Of a stretch of 47,957 nt of DNA, positions 1-9,208 are shown one piece after another. The notes below the pieces were generated by a model, which saw nothing but the letters and a program-made list of their open reading frames with translations, was not told the DNA's origin and did not search any database. This stretch comes from a virus (Duplodnaviria > Caudoviricetes), in the IMG/VR virus record IMGVR_UViG_3300011102_000151, positions 1 through 47,957 of that record; one strand, 5' to 3'. Position numbers and translations under genes: made by a program. Position 1 is the stretch's first letter, and every line of letters begins with the position of its first letter.

Positions 1-46
1 TAGCGAAACGCTATATCGACCGACCATTGCGCACCGTTTTGGTGCA

Positions 47-805
47 TCACTTCGGCCTCGCCGTGGCCAGCACGTAGTCGATCGCTTCGGTGGCGACGCG
101 CTGATAGTTCGCCGCGATGGTGTTTTCTGCGATGGCGAAGAACGGGAAGCGCACTCGGTATTTCGGCGATCCATCCGTCGCCAGCATGATCGGCAGCGCA
201 CCCTCGCCGAAGGCGCTGCGCACCCGCTGCCACACGCCGGCCTGCCCATCGATCGTGCCCCAGAAGTACGCCGACGCGCCGCTGCGGGCCTGCTTGGCCA
301 TGCTGCGCGCGCTGCCAGTGGCGTTCGCCGTGTAGCCCTGTTCACCGAAGGCACGCAGCGCAGACAGCACCTGCACGATCTGGCCACGCTGCATGTTGCC
401 GTGCGCGTCCAGGCGCGCGCCTGACGCCGGTACAAGGTACTGGCCTTTGGGTAGGTAGCCCCTGATAGCCAAAGCGCGTTCTGAGCGCTTCTGAGCTCGT
501 TCCCCGCCGAACGCTTGCGGCCGCAGGTACTTGTCCGCCGGCGTGCCCTTGGTGGCGTAATCCTTGAACCACACACGCGCTTCGGGCTTCGCCTTGCTGC
601 CAGGCGTCAGCTGCAGGCTGTTCAGGGTGAACCGCGTAGGCCGATCGATGCGGATCTTGATGACCTTGAGTTCGTTGGACTTCACCACCTGCGCCATGCG
701 ATTGGCGATCAGCGATCTGGCGAAAGGCAGCTGATCGCGGGTTATGCGATCGAGCTGCGCGGCGACTTCCTTGGAATTGGTGTCGACGATGAGCATGGCG
801 GCCAC
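47..805 (-). CDS. Conserved phage protein (type usually found just before cos/terminase; possibly virion neck/tail completion)
   Basis: 252-aa ORF with phage-like codon usage; start may be 796; function uncertain. Confidence 0.6.
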   Translation of the reverse strand: MAAMLIVDTNSKEVAAQLDRITRDQLPFARSLIANRMAQVVKSNELKVIKIRIDRPTRFTLNSLQLTPGSKAKPEARVWFKDYATKGTPADKYLRPQAFGGERAQKRSERALAIRGYLPKGQYLVPASGARLDAHGNMQRGQIVQVLSALRAFGEQGYTANATGSARSMAKQARSGASAYFWGTIDGQAGVWQRVRSAFGEGALPIMLATDGSPKYRVRFPFFAIAENTIAANYQRVATEAIDYVLATARPK

Positions 806-854
806 GGTGGCAGGTGCGATGGCCAGATTGTACGGGTTTTGCGGGGGTTCTGGT

Positions 855-1115
855 GACAGGAACAGCGGTAACAGATGTTCCGCCTGCCGTTACTGCTGTC
901 CGTTACTGCCTAAGTATTTGATTTGCCATAATATAATAAATAAAAGTAACAAAAGTTATTTATTTTATTATATAGCCCCCTAGGGATGTTTCACTGCCTT
1001 GGGTGTATTGGGGATCACATATTCTCTATGGGGCTTCGTCTGGAAAGCCGTTACCGTTACTTCTGTCGTAAGTTTTTGATTTTTAAGGACATGAGGTGGA
1101 ACAGCGGTAACAGGA
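855..1115. other. Putative replication origin: GTAAC/GTTAC iterons, AT-rich core, two IHF-consensus sites
   Basis: GGAACAGCGGTAACAG at 859-874 and 1098-1113; CCGTTAC at 887, 900, 1048, 1054; AT-rich 911-975; TAAnnnnTTGATT at 911-923 and 1069-1081. Confidence 0.6.
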
Positions 1116-1174
1116 TTTTCCGTCGATTGCGGATCGCAAAATGTGTGCTGGCATTCACTAACATTCATTGCGAT

Positions 1175-1197
1175 AAAAAAGCCCGCATGCGCGGGCT
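1175..1197 (-). terminator. Rho-independent terminator
   Basis: GCCCGC-ATGC-GCGGGC stem followed on minus strand by T6, just after the 1203 stop. Confidence 0.8.
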
Positions 1198-1202
1198 GGT
1201 TA

Positions 1203-1424
1203 TTATGCGATGCGGATCACCAATGTGCGTCCGTCGTCGTCCTTCCTGACCCTAAACTGGGCGCCATTCCTTCGGCCCCAGTTGTGAGCCGCCACCCTGG
1301 CGGACTCCCGTTCTGCGATGTCGACCGCGAAGGCGTGGCCCACTTCCATGCTGGGGAACGGGTACTTCATCGGCTGTTTATTTGGCTTCACCTTGGACAA
1401 GTCTACACGTTCAAGCTGATACAT
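1203..1424 (-). CDS. Small phage protein, probably DNA-binding
   Basis: AAGGA RBS before ATG 1424; KYPFPSMEVGHAF motif typical of small phage proteins; bracketed by terminators. Confidence 0.6.
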   Translation of the reverse strand: MYQLERVDLSKVKPNKQPMKYPFPSMEVGHAFAVDIAERESARVAAHNWGRRNGAQFRVRKDDDGRTLVIRIA

Positions 1425-1479
1425 TACGCAATCCTTCGTTGTTGTTGGGAGCGTTATAGTAACACGCGAATACAGGCAT

Positions 1480-1503
1480 AAAAAAGCCGGGGTCACCCCC
1501 GGC
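1480..1503 (-). terminator. Rho-independent terminator
   Basis: GCCGGGG-TCAC-CCCCGGC stem plus T6 on minus strand. Confidence 0.8.
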
Positions 1504-1525
1504 AAGACGGCCTGCAGTAGTCGTT

Positions 1526-1687
1526 TCAGGCTTCGGCCAATTCGTCAGCGCTGCGCCGGATCTTCGCCACCGCCACACGTTCGGCGCCGGCGGCCGCTTC
1601 CTGGCGCATCCGCAGATCGCGGATCATGGCGCGCACCGCACGGCGGGCAGCTGCGCGCTTGGCCCTTTCAACCGGGTTGCGACGCAT
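1526..1687 (-). CDS. Hypothetical basic protein
   Basis: Arg/Ala-rich short ORF overlapping the end of the upstream gene; start inferred. Confidence 0.4.
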   Translation of the reverse strand: MRRNPVERAKRAAARRAVRAMIRDLRMRQEAAAGAERVAVAKIRRSADELAEA

Positions 1688-2243
1688 CGCTGCTGCCCTC
1701 CGCCGCGCTGGCTGCCTGGGCGGCGTCAATCGCCTCTCGCGGGGTGGCGAAATACTCGCCATCGTTGCCTGTCACGCACCAGCCGCGGAATTCAAGCCTG
1801 ATTTCGTATTCGTTACTGCCATCGGTCTTGGGGAGCCGCACCTGTTCCTCGTAGCGGTAGACGGTCTGCTGCGCCGTCTCCAGCCAATCCAGCCGCTCCG
1901 CATCCCGCCGCGCCTGGTCGTCGGCTATCCTCCATTCAAGCGCACCGGACCGCATGCGCGATGGCTTTGAGTCATCCCAATGGTGATACATGATGCCAAT
2001 CTCGGACCGCTTGAAACCCTTGGGGACTGCGATCTCCACCGGCAACCAGATCCAGCCGGGCTTTAGTTGGTCGTCGGCGGTGGGCTGGGCCTGCGCGCGA
2101 TTCCATCCCTTCTGGAACCCAGCATCAAAAGTGAGCCGACAGGCTTTTGAGTCCAAGTGCGGCCGCGCATCAAAGTAAGCATCGCTGGCAGCCGCCATTT
2201 CGCCTTCCATGATGGCTATTTCCTGTTCGCGTTGCTCAGCCAC
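1668..2243 (-). CDS. Hypothetical phage accessory protein
   Basis: 191 aa, overlapping operon arrangement, DAERLDWLE motif common in phage accessory proteins. Confidence 0.65.
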   Translation of the reverse strand: MAEQREQEIAIMEGEMAAASDAYFDARPHLDSKACRLTFDAGFQKGWNRAQAQPTADDQLKPGWIWLPVEIAVPKGFKRSEIGIMYHHWDDSKPSRMRSGALEWRIADDQARRDAERLDWLETAQQTVYRYEEQVRLPKTDGSNEYEIRLEFRGWCVTGNDGEYFATPREAIDAAQAASAAEGSSDASQPG

Positions 2244-2982
2244 GGCCCACCTCCGGCTGCTGCTGGGCGAAGAGGGCGTGCAGATCGGCTTGGCTGACCA
2301 TCACATATTGATCGCCGCTGTTCCGGTTGGCGGCTTCCTGCAACCGCGATACCGCATCATCCAGCACCACCCCGCCAGCGGCCTGCGCCACACATGGGTG
2401 CGTATCAGGCTGGTAATACCCTGGCCCGTTGTAGCCGCACTTGTCGCACGGAGCATCGCTTACAGCCACGGGCTTGGCCCTCCAGTTTGATGGGGTTTCA
2501 TCGTCAGGCTTCGCATCAGGAAATGGCCCGGTTCCTTGATCGTGCCAGCAGATGCAAAGATCGCTTTTAGAATCGATCGCCTTGCACTCATTGACGCGGT
2601 AGAAGTATTGCTGCTCGGCCTGCGCCGGGGGCGGCGGGGCGGCTTGCAGCATGGCGCGGAATACCGCCTCCAACATGGCCGGCCAAGAACGGACGCCGGT
2701 CCTGTGCTGATCGTCCCAGGCTTTCATCCCGGCTGCGGCCATTTCTCCGGTGAACTCCGGCACCGCCCGGGGCTGCTGCTCCAGATCGGCGATGCGCCGC
2801 TTCGCCTCGGCCAACTGCGTCCGCAGTTCGTCGGCGGTGTGAATGTCGCCGATAGCTTCGGCCGCGGCCGCATCCAGCTTCGCCACCAGATCGCGGATCA
2901 GCCACGCCAGCGGCTTTTCCCTGTCGTTGTAGTCGCCGAGCGCATCGCGGATCTTCGCCGCCAGCTGTTCGCTGTGGTTCAT
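2236..2982 (-). CDS. Hypothetical mosaic accessory protein (coiled coil, Cys motifs)
   Basis: 248 aa; ATGA coupling with upstream gene. Confidence 0.65.
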   Translation of the reverse strand: MNHSEQLAAKIRDALGDYNDREKPLAWLIRDLVAKLDAAAAEAIGDIHTADELRTQLAEAKRRIADLEQQPRAVPEFTGEMAAAGMKAWDDQHRTGVRSWPAMLEAVFRAMLQAAPPPPAQAEQQYFYRVNECKAIDSKSDLCICWHDQGTGPFPDAKPDDETPSNWRAKPVAVSDAPCDKCGYNGPGYYQPDTHPCVAQAAGGVVLDDAVSRLQEAANRNSGDQYVMVSQADLHALFAQQQPEVGRG

Positions 2983-3587
2983 GCTGCACCCCCGCGCACG
3001 GCCAGTTCATCGGCCATCGCGTGCGCCTGTTCCGCGACACTGGCCATTGTTCCGGCTAGGTGGTAGTCGCTGGGGATATGGATCGCGCCAAACCGCGCAG
3101 CCATAGCCGCCTGCGCAGCATCCATCCGCCGCGCGTCGCGGATCATGTCGTCGAGCCATTCGGTGCCGCTGTTCGGCACGCGCAGGGTGATGGCTGCGAA
3201 TTCGCGGCCGGACAGTTCGCGGTAGCCTAAAAACGCCGGATCTCCCCGCCGCGCCGAACCACGTTCAACAAACCCTATAACGGACCCATTGTAAGAAACG
3301 GACTGCAGCGGACTGTCACCGAAAACAGGATCGCCATCGGCCAGGCGATCATCCTGCGCGCCCCTGTCAGCCGGCTGTTCGCCGTTTTCGATGGCGATCA
3401 GTCGATTATGGATCGCCGACCAATATTCGGCGCCCTGCGGCGACGCCTCCCAACGGAACTGCCCAAGTATCCATTCTGAAAGCGACGTATCAGGCCCCGT
3501 TCCGCCGCCGCCTGCGTCCATCGCCAAATCCAGCGCCGCGCATTCCTCCGGCGTCAGGTGCTTTTTAACATCGTCGATCGTGACCAC
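2979..3587 (-). CDS. Hypothetical phage protein
   Basis: 202 aa; GGGGA RBS; coupled to next gene. Confidence 0.65.
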   Translation of the reverse strand: MVTIDDVKKHLTPEECAALDLAMDAGGGGTGPDTSLSEWILGQFRWEASPQGAEYWSAIHNRLIAIENGEQPADRGAQDDRLADGDPVFGDSPLQSVSYNGSVIGFVERGSARRGDPAFLGYRELSGREFAAITLRVPNSGTEWLDDMIRDARRMDAAQAAMAARFGAIHIPSDYHLAGTMASVAEQAHAMADELAVRGGAA

Positions 3588-3645
3588 ATTGTTTCCCCTT
3601 GCCGCGCGTGGCGGCGTGACGTGGCCCGCGCTGCGGGCCGCAGAT

Positions 3646-4038
3646 TTAGTTCGTGGTGGCGTCCTGATACTGCGCTTCGACTTCTGCGTTCCAGTCGTCG
3701 CACGCTTCTATGAACAGGATATGCTGCGCACAGGCGCGCAGCGATTCGATGGCGCAAGAATCGCCCCTGATCGCACTGGAAAACGCAGAATTGACGCCCA
3801 TCAGCGCAGCAACATGCGGTGAAATGGGCGCTTTTTCGCCGGAACAGCCGTCCGCATTCTGGTGCCATTCGATCATCGCGCCGCCTTCGTGATAGGTCGT
3901 CTGAAAAACAGCGACGAAGGGAATCCCGTACTTTTTGCACAGCTCGACGATCTGGTCTTTAAGCGGTTCAATATCGCGCTTGAAAAGTTCTCGATTGTCG
4001 TAGTGCCATGGTTTTGTAATAGGTTTCTGGCCGTCCAC
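3646..4038 (-). CDS. Hypothetical protein
   Basis: 130 aa; GAGGA RBS upstream of GTG. Confidence 0.6.
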   Translation of the reverse strand: MDGQKPITKPWHYDNRELFKRDIEPLKDQIVELCKKYGIPFVAVFQTTYHEGGAMIEWHQNADGCSGEKAPISPHVAALMGVNSAFSSAIRGDSCAIESLRACAQHILFIEACDDWNAEVEAQYQDATTN

Positions 4039-4048
4039 AGTCCGTTCC

Positions 4049-4285
4049 TCATTTTGGTTTTGATTGCCCGGCGTTAGCGGCCGCCGGGGTGCCGTTGTTT
4101 ATTTCCCGCAGGATTGCGCGCAGCTGTTCCTTGCACCGTTCCAGCGCGCGCGTGTCCGCAATTATTTCCAGCGCCTTCGGCTTACACTTCTCGCAGGTGA
4201 ACGGAACTCCAGCCATGCACCGATAAAGCCTGCCGGTGTTGGCGCCGCACCAGCTGCACGCCGGCTTAGTCCTTTTTGCCCGCAT
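4049..4285 (-). CDS. Small putative Zn-finger protein
   Basis: CSWC...CEKC in 78 aa. Confidence 0.5.
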   Translation of the reverse strand: MRAKRTKPACSWCGANTGRLYRCMAGVPFTCEKCKPKALEIIADTRALERCKEQLRAILREINNGTPAAANAGQSKPK

Positions 4286-4508
4286 CTTGAGTCAGAAGCA
4301 TGGGGCCGGGATTCACGCCGTTTTCCGATGCGTCCATTTTGTGCAGAACTTCGGCATACTGGATTTCCAGCTCTGCAGTTTTCACGATGGCTCCTGCTAC
4401 ACTGACCATCGCTTTCGCGTCCTGAACGCTGATTTTCCCCGCGCGCAAACTTTCTGCTGTTTCGAACAGCATTTCGCGCAGCGTTTCGGTAGTTCTGTTG
4501 CTGGCCAT
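4266..4508 (-). CDS. Hypothetical phage protein
   Basis: 80 aa, GGGGA RBS, helical composition. Confidence 0.6.
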   Translation of the reverse strand: MASNRTTETLREMLFETAESLRAGKISVQDAKAMVSVAGAIVKTAELEIQYAEVLHKMDASENGVNPGPMLLTQDAGKKD

Positions 4509-4595
4509 GGTTTTCCCCGTTTGTTTTTGTTGCCGGGCTGTCTCGGCCGCCAGGTTCGCCGTGGTGATTCTGGCGCCATCCGTGGCGCCGCGCTG

Positions 4596-4862
4596 TTATT
4601 CGCACCGAAGGCCGATCTGCCCGCCCATCGTGGTGGTGCGCACGTTGTACGGAACCCGCAACGCGCGGCAGTAGCAGCCCATCCACAGTTCGCGGAGGCG
4701 AGCGCGATCTTCGGGGTGCGCGGTGGCGATCGCAAATTGTATGGATTCTTCGGCCGTTTCTGTGGCGCGGATATTGTGCCGTTTGCAAAAGCGTTCTGCG
4801 GCGGCCTGTACGCGGGCGCGGTCATCTTCTTCATATTTGCGGATGATTGACATGCTGTTCAT
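4596..4862 (-). CDS. Hypothetical protein
   Basis: GGAG RBS before ATG 4862 (MNSMSIIRK). Confidence 0.55.
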   Translation of the reverse strand: MNSMSIIRKYEEDDRARVQAAAERFCKRHNIRATETAEESIQFAIATAHPEDRARLRELWMGCYCRALRVPYNVRTTTMGGQIGLRCE

Positions 4863-4922
4863 GCTGGCTTTTCTCCGTTCGTTGTTGGTGTGTGCGCCAT
4901 CCTTGGCGCCGTGCATCCCTCT

Positions 4923-5066
4923 TTACTTCTGCCCGCGCCAGGCGTCAGCGTCGGCAGCCGATTCAAAAGCCATATACCCGCCGTCGCATTTGATGATTTC
5001 TGCAGCCCACGGTGCGCGACGAACTGCGGTGCGGCGTGTTTTGCATTCGATGAATTCTTTTCTCAT
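4923..5066 (-). CDS. Small hypothetical protein
   Basis: GGAG RBS and a sigma70-like promoter immediately upstream. Confidence 0.55.
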   Translation of the reverse strand: MRKEFIECKTRRTAVRRAPWAAEIIKCDGGYMAFESAADADAWRGQK

Positions 5067-5106
5067 GGCCATTTCTCCGTTGGTTGTTTTCGCTACCGAT
5101 GGTTGT

Positions 5107-5145
5107 AGAGTACGCGCGCAACGCCGCCTGCGCAATATTGCGCAA
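5107..5145 (-). promoter_or_regulatory. Sigma70-like promoter with overlapping TTGCGCAA boxes
   Basis: TTGCGC-17bp-TACTCT on minus strand; boxes at 5128-5135 (1 mismatch) and 5138-5145. Confidence 0.7.
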
Positions 5146-5183
5146 TAGATTGTTTTGTTCTTAAAACAGCAGTCCATATAAAC

Positions 5184-5215
5184 AAAAAGCCCGCGCACCG
5201 TTGCCGGTGGCGGGC
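5184..5215 (-). terminator. Rho-independent terminator ending the replication operon
   Basis: 11-bp GC stem with GCAA loop followed by T5 on minus strand. Confidence 0.8.
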
Positions 5216-5232
5216 AAGCCGTGGGATCGAAA

Positions 5233-8079
5233 TCAGTCACATACCATCGCCACCGGCACGGCCACATAGCGCGACTGCGCCCCCGCGAACTTTTCCGACC
5301 GCGCGCCTTTCGCCGCGCCTGGCAGCCGCGCCAGCACCGCCGCCCAGGAATTCGCCCATGCCGTGTCCTGCATGATCCTGGCGAGTTCCGGGTGCTGGTT
5401 GGCGATCCACACCTGGCCGCTTTCGATGCGGATGCCATGGCGCCGCAGCGTGTCGTTCGCGTCGGTGCTGTTCACGCCGGCCGGGTCCGACGCCCGCCGG
5501 TCGGCGATCGCCACCAACTCGCCCAGCGACCGCTCGCGCGTGCCAAGGTCGCCCACCACGCGCACCATGCGGGCCATCATGTGCGACAGGCAGCGGCTGC
5601 CGTCGTCCTGCTCGTTGATGGCCCGTTCGTCGCTCCAATCCTGCGCGGCCAGCCATTCCCGCGCCGCTTCGGGGGTGATGCGCTTCCCGCTGTATAGCGC
5701 ATAGCAGCCAGCCAGCAGCGTGCCGATCTGGTCGCCCAGCCGGCGCATGCCCAGCAGCGCGGCGCCGGCTTCGGCGAACACCTTGGCGTTGTGCCGAATG
5801 ACCGGGATCAGCGATATCGCGCGCGCGTGCAGCCGGCCGATCCATTCTTCCGTCAGCGTTTCTTCGATCGCGTCCAGCATGGCGTTGTAGTTCGCCGTCG
5901 CCGCGGCGCTGCCGTCGTTCTTGACCAGCCCCAGCACCGAAATGCGCGTGCGCGCGGCGTGCTGGCCGATGTTGATGGTGATTGACGAAAAACAGAACAT
6001 GGACCGGATGCGGAAGTGCGTCGACTTGCCGTTCGCACCCCCTTTGATGATCGCCGCGCCGCTGTCGGTCGCCGATTGCGTCAGCAGCTTTAGGATTTCC
6101 TGCGTGCGTTCGCCGTCCTTCCGGGTTTCGCTGTCGAACTCGTCGAACATCACCGGCAGGCTGTCTATGCCCAGATCCTGGCGGATGCCGGCTTCGGTGG
6201 TGGTGGACGCCACGAAAAGGCCCGCCGGCACAACGCACGGCTTGACGATGCCTTCCAGCACCGACGATTTTCCGCTGCCTGATTCGCCGGTGATCCAGAT
6301 CGATGGCCGGTAGCGCAGCGCGCCGCAGATCGGCGCCAGCATGCAGAACCCGGCCAGCAGGCGGCCGCTGATCGATCGCTCCCAGTTCGGCATCGCGCAG
6401 ATTTTGTCCAGCTTCACGGCGTCGGCCGCCGACAGCGGATCATCCAGCGACACCGGCCACGCCGGGCGCGCTTCGTAGATGAACCTGCTGGGCACGTCGA
6501 TCAGCGAATGGCTGGCGCCATCGATCACCACCCGGTCGCCAAGATGCACAGCGCTGCGGCCATCGTCCCACCACGCGCCGCGGCCGCGCACGCTCTCGGG
6601 CCGGTACACGCCGAACGACTTCGACCGCTGGATCAGCGCGTTCGCCGCAGCGGCCCAGTCCACCATATCGCCGCTGCGTTTTTCCGAAGGGAACGACCGC
6701 TGCCAGTAGTGCAGCGGCGCTAGGAACATCAGCTGTCGGCTGCCGTGGTTGGCGGCCGACAGCTCGAGAACCTGCGGGAAATCCCTCGGCAGGTAGAAGC
6801 AACTGGCGCGGTCGCAGCCGAGATAGCGCCACGGCTGATCGCCGTCGGGCTGCTGGCGATCGTCCGGCGGGATATCGTCGTAGTCCGGCGCCGGCGGGTA
6901 ATCGGCCGGATCTGGCGGCGGTTCATCCGGTGCTGGGGCTGGTGGCGCTGACGTAGGTTTCTGATTTTCCTCCGAAATGGGATTTCCCATATCGGATGCT
7001 TGTTCCGCTGGCGCCGGCGGGTGCGCCGCCATGATCTGTTCCGGCGTGCGCAGGTGGTCGCGGATATACGCCATCACCTGCGACTGGTCCCAGCCTTCGG
7101 CCTCGGCGTCGGCCAGGTCCCAGCCGTCCGCCAGCACCCCCGGCGGCGGCACTTCGATGATGCGCATGGTGGCGCCGTGTTCGGCCACCGCCGCGGCGAT
7201 CGCCAGCATGGCGGCGATGCCTGGCTGCTGCTGATACGGCAGATATTCGTCCGTCTGCTGGTCGCGCTTGCTGTCGCAGTCCGGCCAGCCGACCACCTTC
7301 CGGCCGCGCAGCAGCGACCAGTCGGCATGCCGCACGGCCTTGCTGCCGCCCATCCACGACACCGCCACGATCGGCAGGCCCGCCAGCAGGCGCCGCGCGG
7401 CGTCGCACTTCTTGCAGCCTTCCACTACCAGCACCTGCCAGTCAGGGTGCGCGGCCAGCAGTTCGGTGCCGTACAGCAGGCGCGGCTTGGGCAGGCTGCC
7501 CTGTTTCCAGCGCGCTTCGCCGGTCTTGGCGTTCACTTTCCAGCGGACCGGGATGATGTCTTTCTTCCCGGGTTCCGGTTCGATGCGGCAGTCGTAGGCC
7601 AGCAGCGCGCCGGTGGCGTCGCGGTAGGGCCAAGCGCCCAGCACCGGGAATTCCTGCCATTCGCCGCGGCGCTGCACGCGCAGCGTTGCCGGTGCGGGTT
7701 CGTCGGCCGGCGCTGTGCCGGGTATCCAGTCGTCTGGTGGTGGCGCTGGGCGCGGCGCGGCGCGGCGTTCGAAATTCTCGTTCGCAGCGGCCGCACCCCC
7801 GGCGAGTTCAGCCAGGCGCTGGATCGCTTCGGCCGGCTGCATGCGGTGGTACTTCTGCAGGAAGTTGATCTGGTCGCCGGCTTCGCCGCAGCCCATGCAG
7901 TAATACAGACCGCTGTCGCCCTTGTCCGGTTCGACGGTGAAACTGGGGGTGCGTTCCGAATGGAACGGACACAGCGCCTTGTATTCGCTGCCCGCGCGTT
8001 CCAGCTCGACGCCGTGGCGTTCCAGCAGTTCGACCAGCGGCAGCTGTTCTTTCAGTTTGTGAACGTCATAGCGGGCCAT
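5233..8079 (-). CDS. DNA primase-helicase (CHC2 Zn finger, TOPRIM, P-loop ATPase)
   Basis: CPFH..ERTPSF..YYCMGC zinc finger; VVEG and DCD TOPRIM motifs; GESGSGKS Walker A, FDEFD Walker B; probable start MARYDV. Confidence 0.92.
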   Translation of the reverse strand: MARYDVHKLKEQLPLVELLERHGVELERAGSEYKALCPFHSERTPSFTVEPDKGDSGLYYCMGCGEAGDQINFLQKYHRMQPAEAIQRLAELAGGAAAANENFERRAAPRPAPPPDDWIPGTAPADEPAPATLRVQRRGEWQEFPVLGAWPYRDATGALLAYDCRIEPEPGKKDIIPVRWKVNAKTGEARWKQGSLPKPRLLYGTELLAAHPDWQVLVVEGCKKCDAARRLLAGLPIVAVSWMGGSKAVRHADWSLLRGRKVVGWPDCDSKRDQQTDEYLPYQQQPGIAAMLAIAAAVAEHGATMRIIEVPPPGVLADGWDLADAEAEGWDQSQVMAYIRDHLRTPEQIMAAHPPAPAEQASDMGNPISEENQKPTSAPPAPAPDEPPPDPADYPPAPDYDDIPPDDRQQPDGDQPWRYLGCDRASCFYLPRDFPQVLELSAANHGSRQLMFLAPLHYWQRSFPSEKRSGDMVDWAAAANALIQRSKSFGVYRPESVRGRGAWWDDGRSAVHLGDRVVIDGASHSLIDVPSRFIYEARPAWPVSLDDPLSAADAVKLDKICAMPNWERSISGRLLAGFCMLAPICGALRYRPSIWITGESGSGKSSVLEGIVKPCVVPAGLFVASTTTEAGIRQDLGIDSLPVMFDEFDSETRKDGERTQEILKLLTQSATDSGAAIIKGGANGKSTHFRIRSMFCFSSITINIGQHAARTRISVLGLVKNDGSAAATANYNAMLDAIEETLTEEWIGRLHARAISLIPVIRHNAKVFAEAGAALLGMRRLGDQIGTLLAGCYALYSGKRITPEAAREWLAAQDWSDERAINEQDDGSRCLSHMMARMVRVVGDLGTRERSLGELVAIADRRASDPAGVNSTDANDTLRRHGIRIESGQVWIANQHPELARIMQDTAWANSWAAVLARLPGAAKGARSEKFAGAQSRYVAVPVAMVCD

Positions 8080-8596
8080 CAGCGGCCCCATTGTCGTTGG
8101 CGTGGCGCAGATCGATGAACCGTCCGGCGTGCCGATAGGCGCGCAGCCTGGCCGCGTCGTAGGCGCCATAGGCCGCCAGCACGCTGGGCGCGCCGGAATT
8201 TGCCTTCGCGCGGGTGCCGTCTACGAAATGGAAGTGCAGGCGTCCGCGCAGGAACAGCACCGCATCCGCGCCATCCCATACGTGATCGAAGAACATTCCG
8301 GTTTCGGTGCGTGCGAAGATCAGCGCAGTTCCGCAGCCGTGCGCAACCAGCAGCGCGAGCCATGCGGCGGCTTCCAGACCATAGGGCGGGTTAAGCCAAA
8401 CGCGACCATGCCACGGCATCGACAGGCCGTTATGTTCCTTCGTGTAGTGCTGCGCCGCGGTAGGCCACGGCCGAACGATCGGCGCGCAGGGGTCCAGATC
8501 GAACGGGCCGAGCGCTTCGATAATGTGGGGCGGCGTCAGCCATTCGTCGTTTTTCATTGCGGCGGACTGGTGGCCGCCGATGCCCTTCCTGCCCAC
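8066..8596 (-). CDS. Phage DNA N6-adenine methyltransferase (phage Dam-like family)
   Basis: DEWLTP, FDLDPC and WLNPPY motifs. Confidence 0.9.
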   Translation of the reverse strand: MGRKGIGGHQSAAMKNDEWLTPPHIIEALGPFDLDPCAPIVRPWPTAAQHYTKEHNGLSMPWHGRVWLNPPYGLEAAAWLALLVAHGCGTALIFARTETGMFFDHVWDGADAVLFLRGRLHFHFVDGTRAKANSGAPSVLAAYGAYDAARLRAYRHAGRFIDLRHANDNGAADGPL

Positions 8597-8600
8597 GCCA

Positions 8601-9131
8601 TCACCCCCGCCGTTCGATATCGGCGGCCGTCCGTGGCGCGTTGTCGTTGGCGGTCAGGTCGCCGCGGTCGTTCGGCGACTGATAATTTCGATAGTAGATT
8701 TTCCGCGCCGGATCGCCGACGTAGAACCCCCACTTATTTTTTTTGCTGCCGAAGATGAAAAACATCGTCCACACGCCGCCACCTGACACTGCATCGATGC
8801 GGTGCGTGGTTTCTGCACTGGCGCCGCGCGTGTCGCCAGGTTGGCGCAGTTCCAGGCCGCCGAATGATGTTTCTTCGATGTAGTAGCCGCGCAGCACGAT
8901 GGTCCGCCACGGCCAGGGGTGATCATGCAGATACGGGTCGGCATCCGGCCGCAGAATATGGTGGATGCGGATCGAAACCGGCAGGTGCCAGCTGCGCGGG
9001 ATCAGCCAGTATCGGTGCATGTAGTCGCCGATATGCACATACGGCCGGCGCATGGCGGTGCGGATCAGGAAATCGGTGATTGCAGGACGGCAGGCGATCC
9101 AGGCGACGGCGCGCCAGAATAGGTTTTTCAT
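8601..9131 (-). CDS. Cupin-like HDHPW phage protein
   Basis: RIHHILRPD..LHDHPW...GYYIEE...HRI His-rich cupin pattern. Confidence 0.65.
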   Translation of the reverse strand: MKNLFWRAVAWIACRPAITDFLIRTAMRRPYVHIGDYMHRYWLIPRSWHLPVSIRIHHILRPDADPYLHDHPWPWRTIVLRGYYIEETSFGGLELRQPGDTRGASAETTHRIDAVSGGGVWTMFFIFGSKKNKWGFYVGDPARKIYYRNYQSPNDRGDLTANDNAPRTAADIERRG

Positions 9132-9208
9132 TGTTGTTTCCCTGGCAGATTGTTGTTGTGATCAGTATTGCGCAACTATAGCGCGCAATAATAGTGGAGC
9201 ACAACTGA

